DNA from: a virus
Lineage: Duplodnaviria; Caudoviricetes
IMG/VR virus record: IMGVR_UViG_3300036793_000151
Span: 1 to 40,722 of that record
Length of the DNA stretch: 40,722 bases
Reading direction: 5' to 3' (one strand)
A model generated the notes under the pieces. The model made no database searches and had not been told where the DNA came from. It worked only from the letters and a program-made list of their open reading frames with translations. Of this stretch, positions 1-8,819 are shown piece after piece. The translations under genes and the position numbers were made by a program. The first letter of the stretch is position 1. Each line of letters begins with the position of its first letter.

Positions 1-13
1 TCGCTACCTGAGG

Positions 14-208
14 TCACGTCTCGAAGCCGAACGCTTTGGCGCCTTCGCGCCGGGACATCGCGTATTCCCTTGGCGCGGTTTGAGTCACGGCGCCGAGATG
101 GCTAGCTGGCTCTGCGGGTGTCGAGTCAGCGGCGACAGGCGCCTCACGTCTTCCTAGTGTCACGTCGAGGCTGACCTTGCTGGCCGTCACGGTGATTCGC
201 ACGCTCAT
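14..208 (-). CDS. Small hypothetical phage protein (64 aa)
   Basis: C-terminal part of ORF 14..490; ATG at 208 overlaps the stop of the upstream gene (ATGA). Confidence 0.6.
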   Translation of the reverse strand: MSVRITVTASKVSLDVTLGRREAPVAADSTPAEPASHLGAVTQTAPREYAMSRREGAKAFGFET

Positions 209-1152
209 GCGAGCATCCTTTCTACGGTGGATCGGTCGCCGCCGGCGGCCGCGAGCTCGCGGGCCAGTAGCCGGCGCTCGACGACGGTGGACCACCTGCG
301 CCGGCAGTGCGGGCAGTAGATGACGGCGGCCGCCGACCATGTGAACGCGGGCTCGGTCGACTGTGATTGCCACATCGCCTCGCTGCCGCGCATGACCCAG
401 TCCGACGCAGCCGGCTGCGGACGTCGACGTCGACGTCGACGAGCTGGTGACGGCGGATCGGGCAGAACCAGGCGGCGATCGCGGATCCACTCACACGACA
501 GATGGGTGCACGCCACGGCGCACGTGGGACCGAACGACAGCCGACCATCAGATGGTGGACCAGCCGCGAGGGATTCAGCGATCGCCGCGTGCTCGCCGAT
601 CTGGCGGAGATTGGTGGGCTTGCGTGATGCGCCGATCCGGGTACACGAGGTGTGCGTGCACTCCTCACAGATCGGGCCGGGGATGCCTCGGTGCTCAGGG
701 CACAGCGATCGCAGCACGATGTCCCGGCGCTGCAGGCCGACCGCTCGGCGGGTCATGCGTAACCATCGATCGAGATCCGCACGTAGATGCCGGGCCAACG
801 GCTGGCCGGCCGCGGCGAGTGCTCGATGCCAGTCCGGGATCGCGACGATCACGCTGTACACCGAGCGAGGTCGGCGTTCGAGGTTCAGGATCCGGACAGC
901 CTCAGCTGCGAACTGCTCGATGCCGGTCTCGAGGATGACGGCCACCTCGAGTACTTCGAGGTTGATGCTCGCCGAGGAGCCCTTCGACCCGCCGCTGCCA
1001 TGACGTTCGGCCTTGCCGGCAGACGGGCCGGCGCTGTCCCGTGCGAGTGCGGCCGCGAGGACGCGCTGCAGCGCGAGCAGCTCCATCGCCTGGGCCAGCA
1101 CGACTTCCTGTTCCGCGGCCGCGTTTGAGGCGGCCTGTGCTGTGGTCTTCAT
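205..1152 (-). CDS. Cys/His-rich Zn-binding protein, possible late-transcription regulator
   Basis: CPEH, two CTHxSCxxI motifs and a C-terminal CPHC; position at the end of the early arm; function inferred. Confidence 0.6.
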   Translation of the reverse strand: MKTTAQAASNAAAEQEVVLAQAMELLALQRVLAAALARDSAGPSAGKAERHGSGGSKGSSASINLEVLEVAVILETGIEQFAAEAVRILNLERRPRSVYSVIVAIPDWHRALAAAGQPLARHLRADLDRWLRMTRRAVGLQRRDIVLRSLCPEHRGIPGPICEECTHTSCTRIGASRKPTNLRQIGEHAAIAESLAAGPPSDGRLSFGPTCAVACTHLSCEWIRDRRLVLPDPPSPARRRRRRRPQPAASDWVMRGSEAMWQSQSTEPAFTWSAAAVIYCPHCRRRWSTVVERRLLARELAAAGGDRSTVERMLA

Positions 1153-1349
1153 CCGCGGTCTCGGTCAGCTTCGAGGATGAGTGGTAGGACTTCCGCGGTC
1201 CACCATTCCATCACGTCCTGGGTCAGGGCTCCGGGGTTGTCGGCGTTGTACTCGCGTGCGAAGCGCAGCACGATCTCCCGCAGCCGCGAGCTGGCGCGAC
1301 TGAGAGCAATTGCGTTGCTGGTCATGGGTTCAACTCCGGGTTGGCTCAT
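1149..1349 (-). CDS. Hypothetical protein
   Basis: ORF overlaps both neighbours by 4 nt. Confidence 0.6.
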   Translation of the reverse strand: MSQPGVEPMTSNAIALSRASSRLREIVLRFAREYNADNPGALTQDVMEWWTAEVLPLILEADRDRG

Positions 1350-2311
1350 CGGGGACGACCACGGCGGGAACGTCGACGAGGCGGCATGGCACGCACAGCG
1401 GCGTTACCCGATACCGATAGCGGGAACTGACCCGTCCCGACCCGACCCGACCCGGGCGATCCAGATTCGGTGGGCATGCGATCTGCTGGATCTGCAGATC
1501 CGGGCGAGGCGCGGGCGGCGGTTGGGGTGCTGGTGGTCACCGGTGCTCGCCCGTTGGGCGGCTGGGGCGTGTTCCGGCTGGGTGCCGGGTCGCTCGCGTG
1601 TTCCGGCTGGGTGCCGGGTCGCAGGTCTTCGGTGATCGGGATTTTCTGGCCTTTCATGTGTTCGGCGATGAACGCCGCGGTGAGCGCGCTGTAGTAGGGC
1701 GATGTGGGTGCCGGCAGTAGTGGGTATCGCTCGTCGGCGTCGAGGCGATCGCGGCGGCCCGGGTTGCAGGCGCCGCAGGCGACAACGAGGGTGTCGACGG
1801 TCCCGGGCTTGCCGGGTTCGCGGTGGTCGTATGTGCCGGCGAGTTTGCCTTTGCGAGCTCGCCAGTTCACGATCTTGCGGCAGTAGCGGCAGGCGTCGCC
1901 GTCGCGGAACCGGACAGGGGCGGTCAGCGCTGGGTTGGCGCTGTCGGCGCGTTGCTGCCTCTCCCACTCGATCTCGGCCTCGAGGCGCATGTGGATGAAC
2001 TCGGGGTCATCGACGATCAGCCACGCGCGGACACCGCCTTTGCGGATCTGGGTGATGTAGCCGGCTTTCTTGGCCAGCTCGAGCAGCCGATCGGTCCGGG
2101 TCCCGCCGACCAGGAGCGCCGTGCCCTCCTCGACGACGTAATCGGTGGTGTGCCCGGCCGATTGCAGCGCGCAGCGCATCACGAAACCGAACACCTCATT
2201 GACCGCGACGTCGCGCTCGAGGACCTGGCCGGCCACGGCACGGACGACGCCGGCGACGCGCATCACTATTGGATGGGTCGCGGCGTTGTCCCCGGTACGC
2301 AGCCAAGGCAC
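1346..2311 (-). CDS. Putative replication initiator with HNH-like Zn domain
   Basis: N-terminus MPWLRTGD...HP typical of actinophage replication proteins; RDGDACRYC...DH...ACGACN HNH-like motif; internal DNA repeats. Confidence 0.7.
   Translation of the reverse strand: MPWLRTGDNAATHPIVMRVAGVVRAVAGQVLERDVAVNEVFGFVMRCALQSAGHTTDYVVEEGTALLVGGTRTDRLLELAKKAGYITQIRKGGVRAWLIVDDPEFIHMRLEAEIEWERQQRADSANPALTAPVRFRDGDACRYCRKIVNWRARKGKLAGTYDHREPGKPGTVDTLVVACGACNPGRRDRLDADERYPLLPAPTSPYYSALTAAFIAEHMKGQKIPITEDLRPGTQPEHASDPAPSRNTPQPPNGRAPVTTSTPTAARASPGSADPADRMPTESGSPGSGRVGTGQFPLSVSGNAAVRAMPPRRRSRRGRPR
1428..1622. repeat. Putative replication origin: iterons within the rep gene
   Basis: 27-bp direct repeat GCGTGTTCCGGCTGGGTGCCGGGTCGC at 1567-1593 and 1596-1622; (GACCC)n-like run at about 1428-1454; clustered GATC at about 1458-1500. 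Confidence 0.55.
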
Positions 2312-2353
2312 AGTTCAAATCCTCCGTCGGTGAAGCGGGATACGGGTGTCGGG

Positions 2354-2629
2354 TCAGTTCCATCGCGCTTTGGCTCGTCGACGTGCTGCGCGGGCCCGGT
2401 AGACGAGCGCCACGGTGTTGACGACGGCAGGGATCTGCTTGAGCTGCTCAAGCTCGGCCGGGGTTGGCTTGCGCGTCTCGATGCCCTCGCCAGTGAAGAC
2501 GGTGAGGGCGCAGCAGCTCAGACAGACAGCGGGCTCGCCTGGGCGCGGCGCGTAGTTGGCGATCGGTTCCGCTCCCTCGCCGACCGCCTCCTCATGGACG
2601 TGGCCACACTTCCAACACGCCGCCGTCAT
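2354..2629 (-). CDS. Small Zn-ribbon protein
   Basis: CWKC...CLSC motifs. Confidence 0.7.
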   Translation of the reverse strand: MTAACWKCGHVHEEAVGEGAEPIANYAPRPGEPAVCLSCCALTVFTGEGIETRKPTPAELEQLKQIPAVVNTVALVYRARAARRRAKARWN

Positions 2630-2979
2630 GGCGCATCAGCGTTGGCAAGTTCCAACAGCACGTCGGGGCGGCCCGGTCGGCGGGTCGATGCGGTGAACAC
2701 GGTCACCGGGAACGGCAGCACGGTCAGCGGTCTGCGGTCGAACGCGCCACACTCGTCGCACCGTGTCGTGCCGTCGCTGTAGTCAAACTCGGACGAGTGC
2801 GTGTCATCGGCGACAACGCCGCAATCCCAGCCATCACCGCCTGGGGCCCAGCCATAGGCCAGGAACGGGTAACCGCGACCGTCCACACCGACCACCACGG
2901 GTTCGATCCCGGCATCGTTCATCGACGACAGTAGGTCATCCAGAGCTTCGGCCGTCTCGATCCTCGCGTCGCCGCTCAT
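2626..2979 (-). CDS. Hypothetical protein
   Basis: Coupled ORF with 4-nt overlaps; CDEC motif. Confidence 0.65.
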   Translation of the reverse strand: MSGDARIETAEALDDLLSSMNDAGIEPVVVGVDGRGYPFLAYGWAPGGDGWDCGVVADDTHSSEFDYSDGTTRCDECGAFDRRPLTVLPFPVTVFTASTRRPGRPDVLLELANADAP

Positions 2980-3224
2980 CGGGTACCACCAGCCGTTAAC
3001 AGCGTCTGAAGCCGCTCTGTCTCGGCCAAGAGTCTGGTGGCCCGCTGGCGTTCGGTGTAGTACAGGGTTTGATAGGCATCTCGATCAGCGTGCGATACGG
3101 CGACCTCGCGCTGTAACCGCTCTACCTCAGCCACCAGGGCGGGCACGTCTTGCGCGTACCAACCCTGATGCCGCAGGCCAGGAATGCGCCGCTTGATCGC
3201 ATCCAGGTCGATGTCGTCAGCCAT
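2976..3224 (-). CDS. Coiled-coil hypothetical protein
   Basis: DVPALVAEVERL motif common in phage early proteins; start at MADDIDL. Confidence 0.7.
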   Translation of the reverse strand: MADDIDLDAIKRRIPGLRHQGWYAQDVPALVAEVERLQREVAVSHADRDAYQTLYYTERQRATRLLAETERLQTLLTAGGTR

Positions 3225-3447
3225 GCTGCACATCCGCATCCAGCCGGATACCCGCAGCGTCCAACTCGTCGTCAGTCACTCCGAGCGCGGCAAGGTCGGC
3301 TCGGAACTGCGCGACAGCGGGGCCGCGCCAGTCCGGGTCGTCCTCGTCCGCGCAGCAGTCGTTGATCGCCATCGCTTGCAGGGCAAGCGTCAGCGCGTGC
3401 TCTAGGTCGGCCAGAGCTTCCTGACGACTGATCGGGTCACTCGCCAT
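3217..3447 (-). CDS. Hypothetical protein (76 aa)
   Basis: Start MASDPIS lies inside the 24-bp boundary repeat. Confidence 0.6.
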   Translation of the reverse strand: MASDPISRQEALADLEHALTLALQAMAINDCCADEDDPDWRGPAVAQFRADLAALGVTDDELDAAGIRLDADVQHG

Positions 3448-3679
3448 GCTGCTCACCACCCGAATGAGAACCACGCAGCAACCAGTGACCGGGACTGAAC
3501 CGGAACCGCGAGCACTCGGTGCAGAACAGCGCGTCAGCCAGCCGTTCCACGATGGTTGGGCGATGCGCGTTCCGTGCGGCGTACTCGGCATCCCACTCGC
3601 GGGCCGTCTTGGTACCGGGCGGTGCAGGCTCGCCGCGACAGGTGCCGCAATCGAAAGGTTCGGTCGGTTCACTCGCCAT
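3437..3679 (-). CDS. Small Zn-finger-like protein
   Basis: CGTC and CTEC motifs; start MASEPT in the boundary repeat. Confidence 0.6.
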   Translation of the reverse strand: MASEPTEPFDCGTCRGEPAPPGTKTAREWDAEYAARNAHRPTIVERLADALFCTECSRFRFSPGHWLLRGSHSGGEQHGE

Positions 3680-3692
3680 GCTGCTCACCACC
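3437..3692. repeat. 24-bp direct repeat at gene junctions (3437-3460 and 3669-3692)
   Basis: Identical TCACTCGCCATGCTGCTCACCACC; on the minus strand it carries the start of one gene and the stop of the previous one. Confidence 0.9.
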
Positions 3693-4064
3693 AACCACGG
3701 CGGCACGATTCGTGATGTCTAGCCGGACCTCGCCGCGATGCGACAACTCGAAACCTCGGGGCTCGTCGGCATCGATGCCGTGGCCGTTCTCGTCGAACTG
3801 CCACGGCCGGAGCATCAGCATCGCCTTGTCGATCGCCTCGTCCGGTCCGGACGTGGTGAAGATGCCAAGCCCCCAGCCGATCACGTTCATCGGCCCGCGC
3901 ATGCCCCGCTGCCAATCGATGATCGTGTAGTACACCTTGCCGAACAGCGATGCTGTCAGCAATGTGTACCGGCCGTCGTCGGTGGCAGCGCGTGCCAGCC
4001 ACGACGTGCGTTTGCCATCGAACTGGATGCGCTCACCGATCCCCACGGTCGCCTCGCTGCTCAT
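3669..4064 (-). CDS. Hypothetical protein
   Basis: Start MSSEATV with ATGA overlap; globular-looking sequence. Confidence 0.7.
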   Translation of the reverse strand: MSSEATVGIGERIQFDGKRTSWLARAATDDGRYTLLTASLFGKVYYTIIDWQRGMRGPMNVIGWGLGIFTTSGPDEAIDKAMLMLRPWQFDENGHGIDADEPRGFELSHRGEVRLDITNRAAVVGGEQHGE

Positions 4065-4267
4065 CGGGTACCACCGAGTGGCGCCAGGCTCTCGAGGAAC
4101 CATCGGGCGCTCGCTGAACATCCAGAACAGAGCCGCATGTTCTTGATCGGCTTGCCCGTGAGAGTGGGTTCGCACCATCCGGCCGGGTCGACATCGAGCT
4201 TGCCGACGCGGAGCTTCGTCGCGGTTGTCTGGCAGCGGCCACACACGACTGCGGCGTTGCCGGCCAT
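4061..4267 (-). CDS. Small Zn-ribbon protein
   Basis: CGRC...CSGC; TGATG coupling. Confidence 0.65.
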   Translation of the reverse strand: MAGNAAVVCGRCQTTATKLRVGKLDVDPAGWCEPTLTGKPIKNMRLCSGCSASARWFLESLAPLGGTR

Positions 4268-4731
4268 CAGCTGGTGCCTGCTGTGATGCCGAGCAGCGGC
4301 GGGACATGCCCGCCCGCATAGGCAGTGTTGATAGCGGGCAGCACGACCTCGGCGACGGTCTGGCCGGTGGGAAGCACGATGTTCATCGCGAACTCGTGCT
4401 CGAAGGTCGATATCCCGGTCTCGACACATTCAAGTTTCGCCTTGATGGCCAGGGCCAACGCGCGCCAACGCCGGCGCACCTCAGCGTCGAGTGCGCCCTT
4501 AGCGCCAGGGCCGGTACGCCGCTGCTTACTCGGGGTGAAGATAAACTCGTGCCAGTCGGTGGGCAGCTCTAGCGTGAATCGGACCTGGCGGCCGTGGGCG
4601 TGGAACATCACGACCGCGATGCCCTCGTCCCATCCGGACATGAACCCGGCCGCGCCGTACTTGCGGACCAGCTGCGCGATCTCCTGCTGCGAGCGTTCCG
4701 GCGCGACGGAGGTTCCCTCGGCGTAGGCCAT
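4267..4731 (-). CDS. Conserved phage hypothetical protein
   Basis: YAEGTSVAPERSQQEI...RRRWRALALAIKAKLE resembles a widespread phage early protein family (from memory). Confidence 0.8.
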   Translation of the reverse strand: MAYAEGTSVAPERSQQEIAQLVRKYGAAGFMSGWDEGIAVVMFHAHGRQVRFTLELPTDWHEFIFTPSKQRRTGPGAKGALDAEVRRRWRALALAIKAKLECVETGISTFEHEFAMNIVLPTGQTVAEVVLPAINTAYAGGHVPPLLGITAGTS

Positions 4732-4979
4732 CAGTTGGACACCGCCAGCATCCACTCGCTGGGCTTGCCCGACATGACCCCGGGCGCCGCACCACCGGTC
4801 GCGGCGTCGACCGTGGCAGCGGCCAGCGCGAGCGTCGCATGCACTTGCGCTGCGGCCAGGCCTACGGCTACGCGGTCCTTGGCGTAAGCACGCGCTTTGC
4901 CCTCGCCGGCGTCACGAAAGTCGGCACGCGCCGCGGCGCTCAGACGCTCAGCTTCGCGATAGTGCTCCGGGCCGGTCAC
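4731..4979 (-). CDS. Hypothetical protein
   Basis: TGPEHYREAERL...AAAQVHATLALAAAT, a common actinophage small protein pattern. Confidence 0.75.
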   Translation of the reverse strand: MTGPEHYREAERLSAAARADFRDAGEGKARAYAKDRVAVGLAAAQVHATLALAAATVDAATGGAAPGVMSGKPSEWMLAVSN

Positions 4980-5227
4980 GGCTTCCCCCACTTTGCTGCC
5001 AGGGCCACAAGCGCCAGGGCCATGTTGCGCCAACTGGTCTCAGCCAGAATCCGCTCGCCAGATGGGAGTTCAACGACTGCGACGAACGACGGCAGGCCGG
5101 ATGTCATGCCACCGGGCAGGCAGCCCACAACCTCGAAAGTGGCCATTGCTTCGGGCTCCTGGCCTGGCGTCATGTAGGGCGCCAGGTCTCCGTCCGCGAC
5201 GCTCAGGATGATGTGCAGCTCGGGCAT
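4976..5227 (-). CDS. Hypothetical protein
   Basis: Coupled ORF. Confidence 0.7.
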   Translation of the reverse strand: MPELHIILSVADGDLAPYMTPGQEPEAMATFEVVGCLPGGMTSGLPSFVAVVELPSGERILAETSWRNMALALVALAAKWGKP

Positions 5228-6678
5228 CAGGAACGGCCGCCTTCCATTGGCCGACCACTACCGGCCGCGCGGCCGCTGTCGCCTTGCTTGTACGCGGTGA
5301 GGGTCTGTGTGGGTATGCCGCCGTCGTGGCCGCGGGCCGGGAAGCCGTGGCGCGCGGCCCAACGACGGATCCGATTCAGCTCAGCCGTCTTGCGGCCGCC
5401 CGGGCCGCCGATCCTCGACGACGCCGGCAGCCGCTCGAGGAGCGGCTCGACACCGCGGCCGGGCTGAGCGTTGTAACGATCGACGATCACTGCGGCGACC
5501 AGTCGTGGGAGCTCCGCGCGATGCCCTTCCTTCAGCGACGTCGCCCGGGCCTTGATGTTGCGCGGTGGCGTGGACTGCATCGCCATGACGAGCTTGTCGG
5601 TGGACAGCTCGATATCGAGGTCGTAGTTCCACAGCACGAGCGCCAGGCCGTGCAGGAGGTGGCCGTCGACGCCGTCTCGAGCCTTGCCGTAGGAGCTGGT
5701 GATGAGCGACAGGGTGTCGGCGAGCAGCTTCAGGTCGCCGAGGTCGACGATCCGTTCGAGCGCGCCGGTCGCTCCGATCGAGCCGTCCCGTGGGGCCGGG
5801 TCGATCTTGAACCCGAACGCGGCGACGGTGGCCTCGATCGCGACCGCGTTTTCGTCGCCGGATGCGACGCGTGCTTTCCACCGGTCCCAGCCCGACAGGG
5901 GTTTGCGGCCGCGGTCGATCTCGTAGAACAGTGCCGCCTCGGCCTGCAGGTCCAGGCCGCGGTGCACCTGGCACACCAGGTACGGATCGGGTGCGGTGTC
6001 GGTGGCCATCGCGTCGCGGGCGGCCAGCCACCGGTGCTGGCCCTCGACGACGGCGTACTTGCCGTCGCCCCGGTCGGATACCTCGAGCACGCCCAGGCGC
6101 GTCTCGTCGAACTCGGCGATCATCTTCCGCAGCCGGCGCTCGTCAGCGGCACGCTGGTATGAGTGGTCGACGAACAGCAGCGAGCATGGAACGGCGCGCA
6201 CGAACGGCGCCGGCCTGGTCTCTGCCGGGTCGGGCGTGACGGGAATCGCGTTACGCATATCCCGTATCGGGGCGACGTCGACTGGCAGGTCCGCCACGAC
6301 CGGGACACACGCCGAGCACAGATCCGGCTCGACCCAGCAGCAGCCACCCGGGCAGGCCGCCGCATCGGTACAGCCGCAAGATCGGCAGGCCCGGGCGGCG
6401 ACCGCTTCGGATCGTTGCTCATCCTCGCCGGTCAGGTCGAAGTCGACGAGCTGCTGGCCGTGGCCCAGTGCGACCGTGCGTTCGAGATCGACGATCGTCT
6501 GCTCGAGCACTACCGAGTCGTCATCGGTCTCGCTGCAGTAGAACTCCTCGATCGTCTCGACCAGGTCGACGGCGATGTGGCAGTCGGCGGCGACGAACCG
6601 GTGCGTGCGGCCAGCGGCCAGCGAACGCAGCACCTTCGCCGCCAACGCGACGTTGACGCCGCCGACTGTGGTGGTCAC
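5227..6678 (-). CDS. Multidomain protein: Cys-rich domain, ParB-like (DUF6551-type) domain and C-terminal Lsr2-like DNA-binding domain
   Basis: CRSCGCTDAAACPGGCCWVEPDLCSAC; VDHSYQR...VVEGQHR ParB/DGQHR-like motif; IRRWAARHGF...GGIPTQTLTAY matches the Lsr2 C-terminal pattern. Confidence 0.75.
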   Translation of the reverse strand: MTTTVGGVNVALAAKVLRSLAAGRTHRFVAADCHIAVDLVETIEEFYCSETDDDSVVLEQTIVDLERTVALGHGQQLVDFDLTGEDEQRSEAVAARACRSCGCTDAAACPGGCCWVEPDLCSACVPVVADLPVDVAPIRDMRNAIPVTPDPAETRPAPFVRAVPCSLLFVDHSYQRAADERRLRKMIAEFDETRLGVLEVSDRGDGKYAVVEGQHRWLAARDAMATDTAPDPYLVCQVHRGLDLQAEAALFYEIDRGRKPLSGWDRWKARVASGDENAVAIEATVAAFGFKIDPAPRDGSIGATGALERIVDLGDLKLLADTLSLITSSYGKARDGVDGHLLHGLALVLWNYDLDIELSTDKLVMAMQSTPPRNIKARATSLKEGHRAELPRLVAAVIVDRYNAQPGRGVEPLLERLPASSRIGGPGGRKTAELNRIRRWAARHGFPARGHDGGIPTQTLTAYKQGDSGRAAGSGRPMEGGRS

Positions 6679-7028
6679 GACTCGCTCCCATCGTCGGGGC
6701 TGTCCATCAGGGCGTCGATGTCGACCTCGGAGAACGCGGCGCGGATGTCGTCCTCGAGTTCCAGGGGGAGCATCGTCTGGCCGGTGCGCCGCTCGAGGGA
6801 CCGTTCGAGTAGCCGGAACGCGGCCGCCTGATCCTCGTCGGTCACGACCTCGAGTCCGCGGATCGCCAGCGTCGCCTCGACCTGCCCATCGGCGACGTTG
6901 GTCGTGAGCTTCTCCGTCTTGACCAGGGCGATCACGACGTGCACCTGATCGGGGCGGGCGGTCAGCGGCCGGGAGATCACGGTCAGACCGTTGCCGTCTC
7001 CCTTGGGTAGCGCGGCGCGCAACTTCAT
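6675..7028 (-). CDS. Hypothetical protein
   Basis: Start MKLRAALPKGDGNGL with RBS GAGGAGAG; resembles a common actinophage protein. Confidence 0.75.
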   Translation of the reverse strand: MKLRAALPKGDGNGLTVISRPLTARPDQVHVVIALVKTEKLTTNVADGQVEATLAIRGLEVVTDEDQAAAFRLLERSLERRTGQTMLPLELEDDIRAAFSEVDIDALMDSPDDGSES

Positions 7029-7213
7029 GGTCTCTCCTCGGTGACGCGGCGGGGCAGGCAGTTCTTGACCGTGATGACGTGCGTCGTCCCGGACACCTGG
7101 GTGTGGGTGACCTGGCATTCGCCGTCGGTGGTCAGGACGTAGTTGTCGCGAATCTCGTGCGACTCAGACTCGCCGGTGTCGAGGTCCTCGGCGGTGACCT
7201 TCGTCCCCGTCAT
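7025..7213 (-). CDS. Hypothetical protein
   Basis: Coupled small ORF. Confidence 0.7.
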   Translation of the reverse strand: MTGTKVTAEDLDTGESESHEIRDNYVLTTDGECQVTHTQVSGTTHVITVKNCLPRRVTEERP

Positions 7214-8547
7214 GACTCGTCGACGTTCTGCTCGGCGGCTTCGGCCTTCTTGAGCTCCTCGAGCTCGACATCAGACCACTGGTAGCCCCATACCTCGCGG
7301 AGTTGGAACAGCCAGTCCTTGACGGGCTCGGCGAGGTTGCCCCAGCCAGTCAGGCTCTGCAGGTCGGGGTCCGGGAAGGACTGAGCGAACATCGCGGCCG
7401 CGGCGAACGCGAGGTGAGGCAGATCGAGGTCGTCGATTGTCTCGCCCATCAGCGTCAGGACCTTGGCGCGGTCGTCGACCCATTGGACATCGAGCAGGTC
7501 GGCGTCGACGGCGTCGAACGTGTACTCGACGAGCTGGGCCTTGAGCAGCCAGCGCATCATCGACTCCGCTGCCTTGTCGAGACGCTGTTCCGGCGCCTCG
7601 TTGCCCGCGATCACCGAAGCCAGGTAGGCGATGCGAGTCGCCCGCGCCGTCTGCAGCTGCTCGGACAGCCGTTGCTGCTCCTTGAACTCGTCCTTCCGCT
7701 TCGACTTCTCGACCATCGATCCGCCGGCCTTCGGGTTGCCGGCCGGCGGCTCGGGCGTCTGCTCCTCGGCCGGCGGATCGATGTAGTACAGCGTGCCGCC
7801 ATATGACACCGGCGGGTACACCAGGACCATGCCTGGGCCGGGTTTACGTCCCGAGGAGGACCAGGGCACTTGCACCGCGTTCGGGTAGGCCTTGGTCACG
7901 TCGCCGCCGGTGGTGAGGACCTCCGCGCCGGCTTCCACGGCCTCGGCAATCTTCGCGCTGCGGCGCTTGGCATCGGACAGGGCGTAGCTGAAATTCGCTG
8001 TGCCGACGGCTTTGGCCAGGCGGCTGAACATCTCCGGCTCGGTGGCGAACTCGCTGATCTTCAGCGCGTCGGCCAGGGTGAGCTGCCCGGTGTGGACCCG
8101 TTCCTTCGCGTCGGCGGGAAGCTCGGCGATCTGTAGCCGCTGCTTGACGGTCTTGGCGGATCGGCCGGTGGCTTTGGTGATGCGCTGGATCGTGTAGTCG
8201 GGGAACTCGAGCAGCGACTGGTATGCCTCGGCCTCCTCGACGGCGGTCAGGTTCGTGCGTTGCAGGTTCTCCACCAGCATCGCCTCGAGCTGCTCGGCGT
8301 CGCCGGTCAGATCAGCCCGAACGATGCACGGGAGGATTGTGAGCTTGGCCTTCCGCCCGGCCTCGAGGCGGCGGTGGCCGGCGATCAGCACGTAGCCGAA
8401 GTCATCGCCCGACGGTGCGACGATGAGCGGCTCGATGAGGCCCTGGGCCTTGATCGAGGCGGCGAGCTCGGTGACCGAGCCGAGGTCGTGGCGGGGGTTG
8501 GACTTGTGCGCGTGGATCAGGCCGATCTCGATTTCCTGGAAGTCCAT
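7210..8547 (-). CDS. parB: ParB/RepB/Spo0J family protein
   Basis: NPR...ELAASIKAQGLIEPLIV...IAGHRRLEA...ENLQRTNLTAVEEAEAY followed by an HTH. Confidence 0.9.
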   Translation of the reverse strand: MDFQEIEIGLIHAHKSNPRHDLGSVTELAASIKAQGLIEPLIVAPSGDDFGYVLIAGHRRLEAGRKAKLTILPCIVRADLTGDAEQLEAMLVENLQRTNLTAVEEAEAYQSLLEFPDYTIQRITKATGRSAKTVKQRLQIAELPADAKERVHTGQLTLADALKISEFATEPEMFSRLAKAVGTANFSYALSDAKRRSAKIAEAVEAGAEVLTTGGDVTKAYPNAVQVPWSSSGRKPGPGMVLVYPPVSYGGTLYYIDPPAEEQTPEPPAGNPKAGGSMVEKSKRKDEFKEQQRLSEQLQTARATRIAYLASVIAGNEAPEQRLDKAAESMMRWLLKAQLVEYTFDAVDADLLDVQWVDDRAKVLTLMGETIDDLDLPHLAFAAAAMFAQSFPDPDLQSLTGWGNLAEPVKDWLFQLREVWGYQWSDVELEELKKAEAAEQNVDES

Positions 8548-8819
8548 CAGATGCTCCTCAGTGCCTTACGTTCGGTGATTGGTGTGACGTTGGCGGCCGG
8601 CCAGTGCAGGACTTGGCCGTCGACGCTGATGAGGGACGCGAGGCTGATCAGCGCGTCGATCGGATCGCCGTGCGCGGCGCGGAGCACCTGGTGCGCGGTG
8701 CCGATCAGGGCGTGTGGGTCGAGCGGGATTCCGTCGCGGCCGTTGGCGATCAGCAGCGCCAACTCGAGGCCGGCTTCGACGGTAGGTACGTGGTTCGGCG
8801 GCTGCGGCAGCATCGTCAT
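8547..8819 (-). CDS. Hypothetical protein
   Basis: Start MTMLPQ with ATGA overlap. Confidence 0.6.
   Translation of the reverse strand: MTMLPQPPNHVPTVEAGLELALLIANGRDGIPLDPHALIGTAHQVLRAAHGDPIDALISLASLISVDGQVLHWPAANVTPITERKALRSI

Noticed and set aside
7210-8547. parABS plasmid-prophage system
   Set aside because: No ParA ATPase or parS array detected, and an integrase with attP is present
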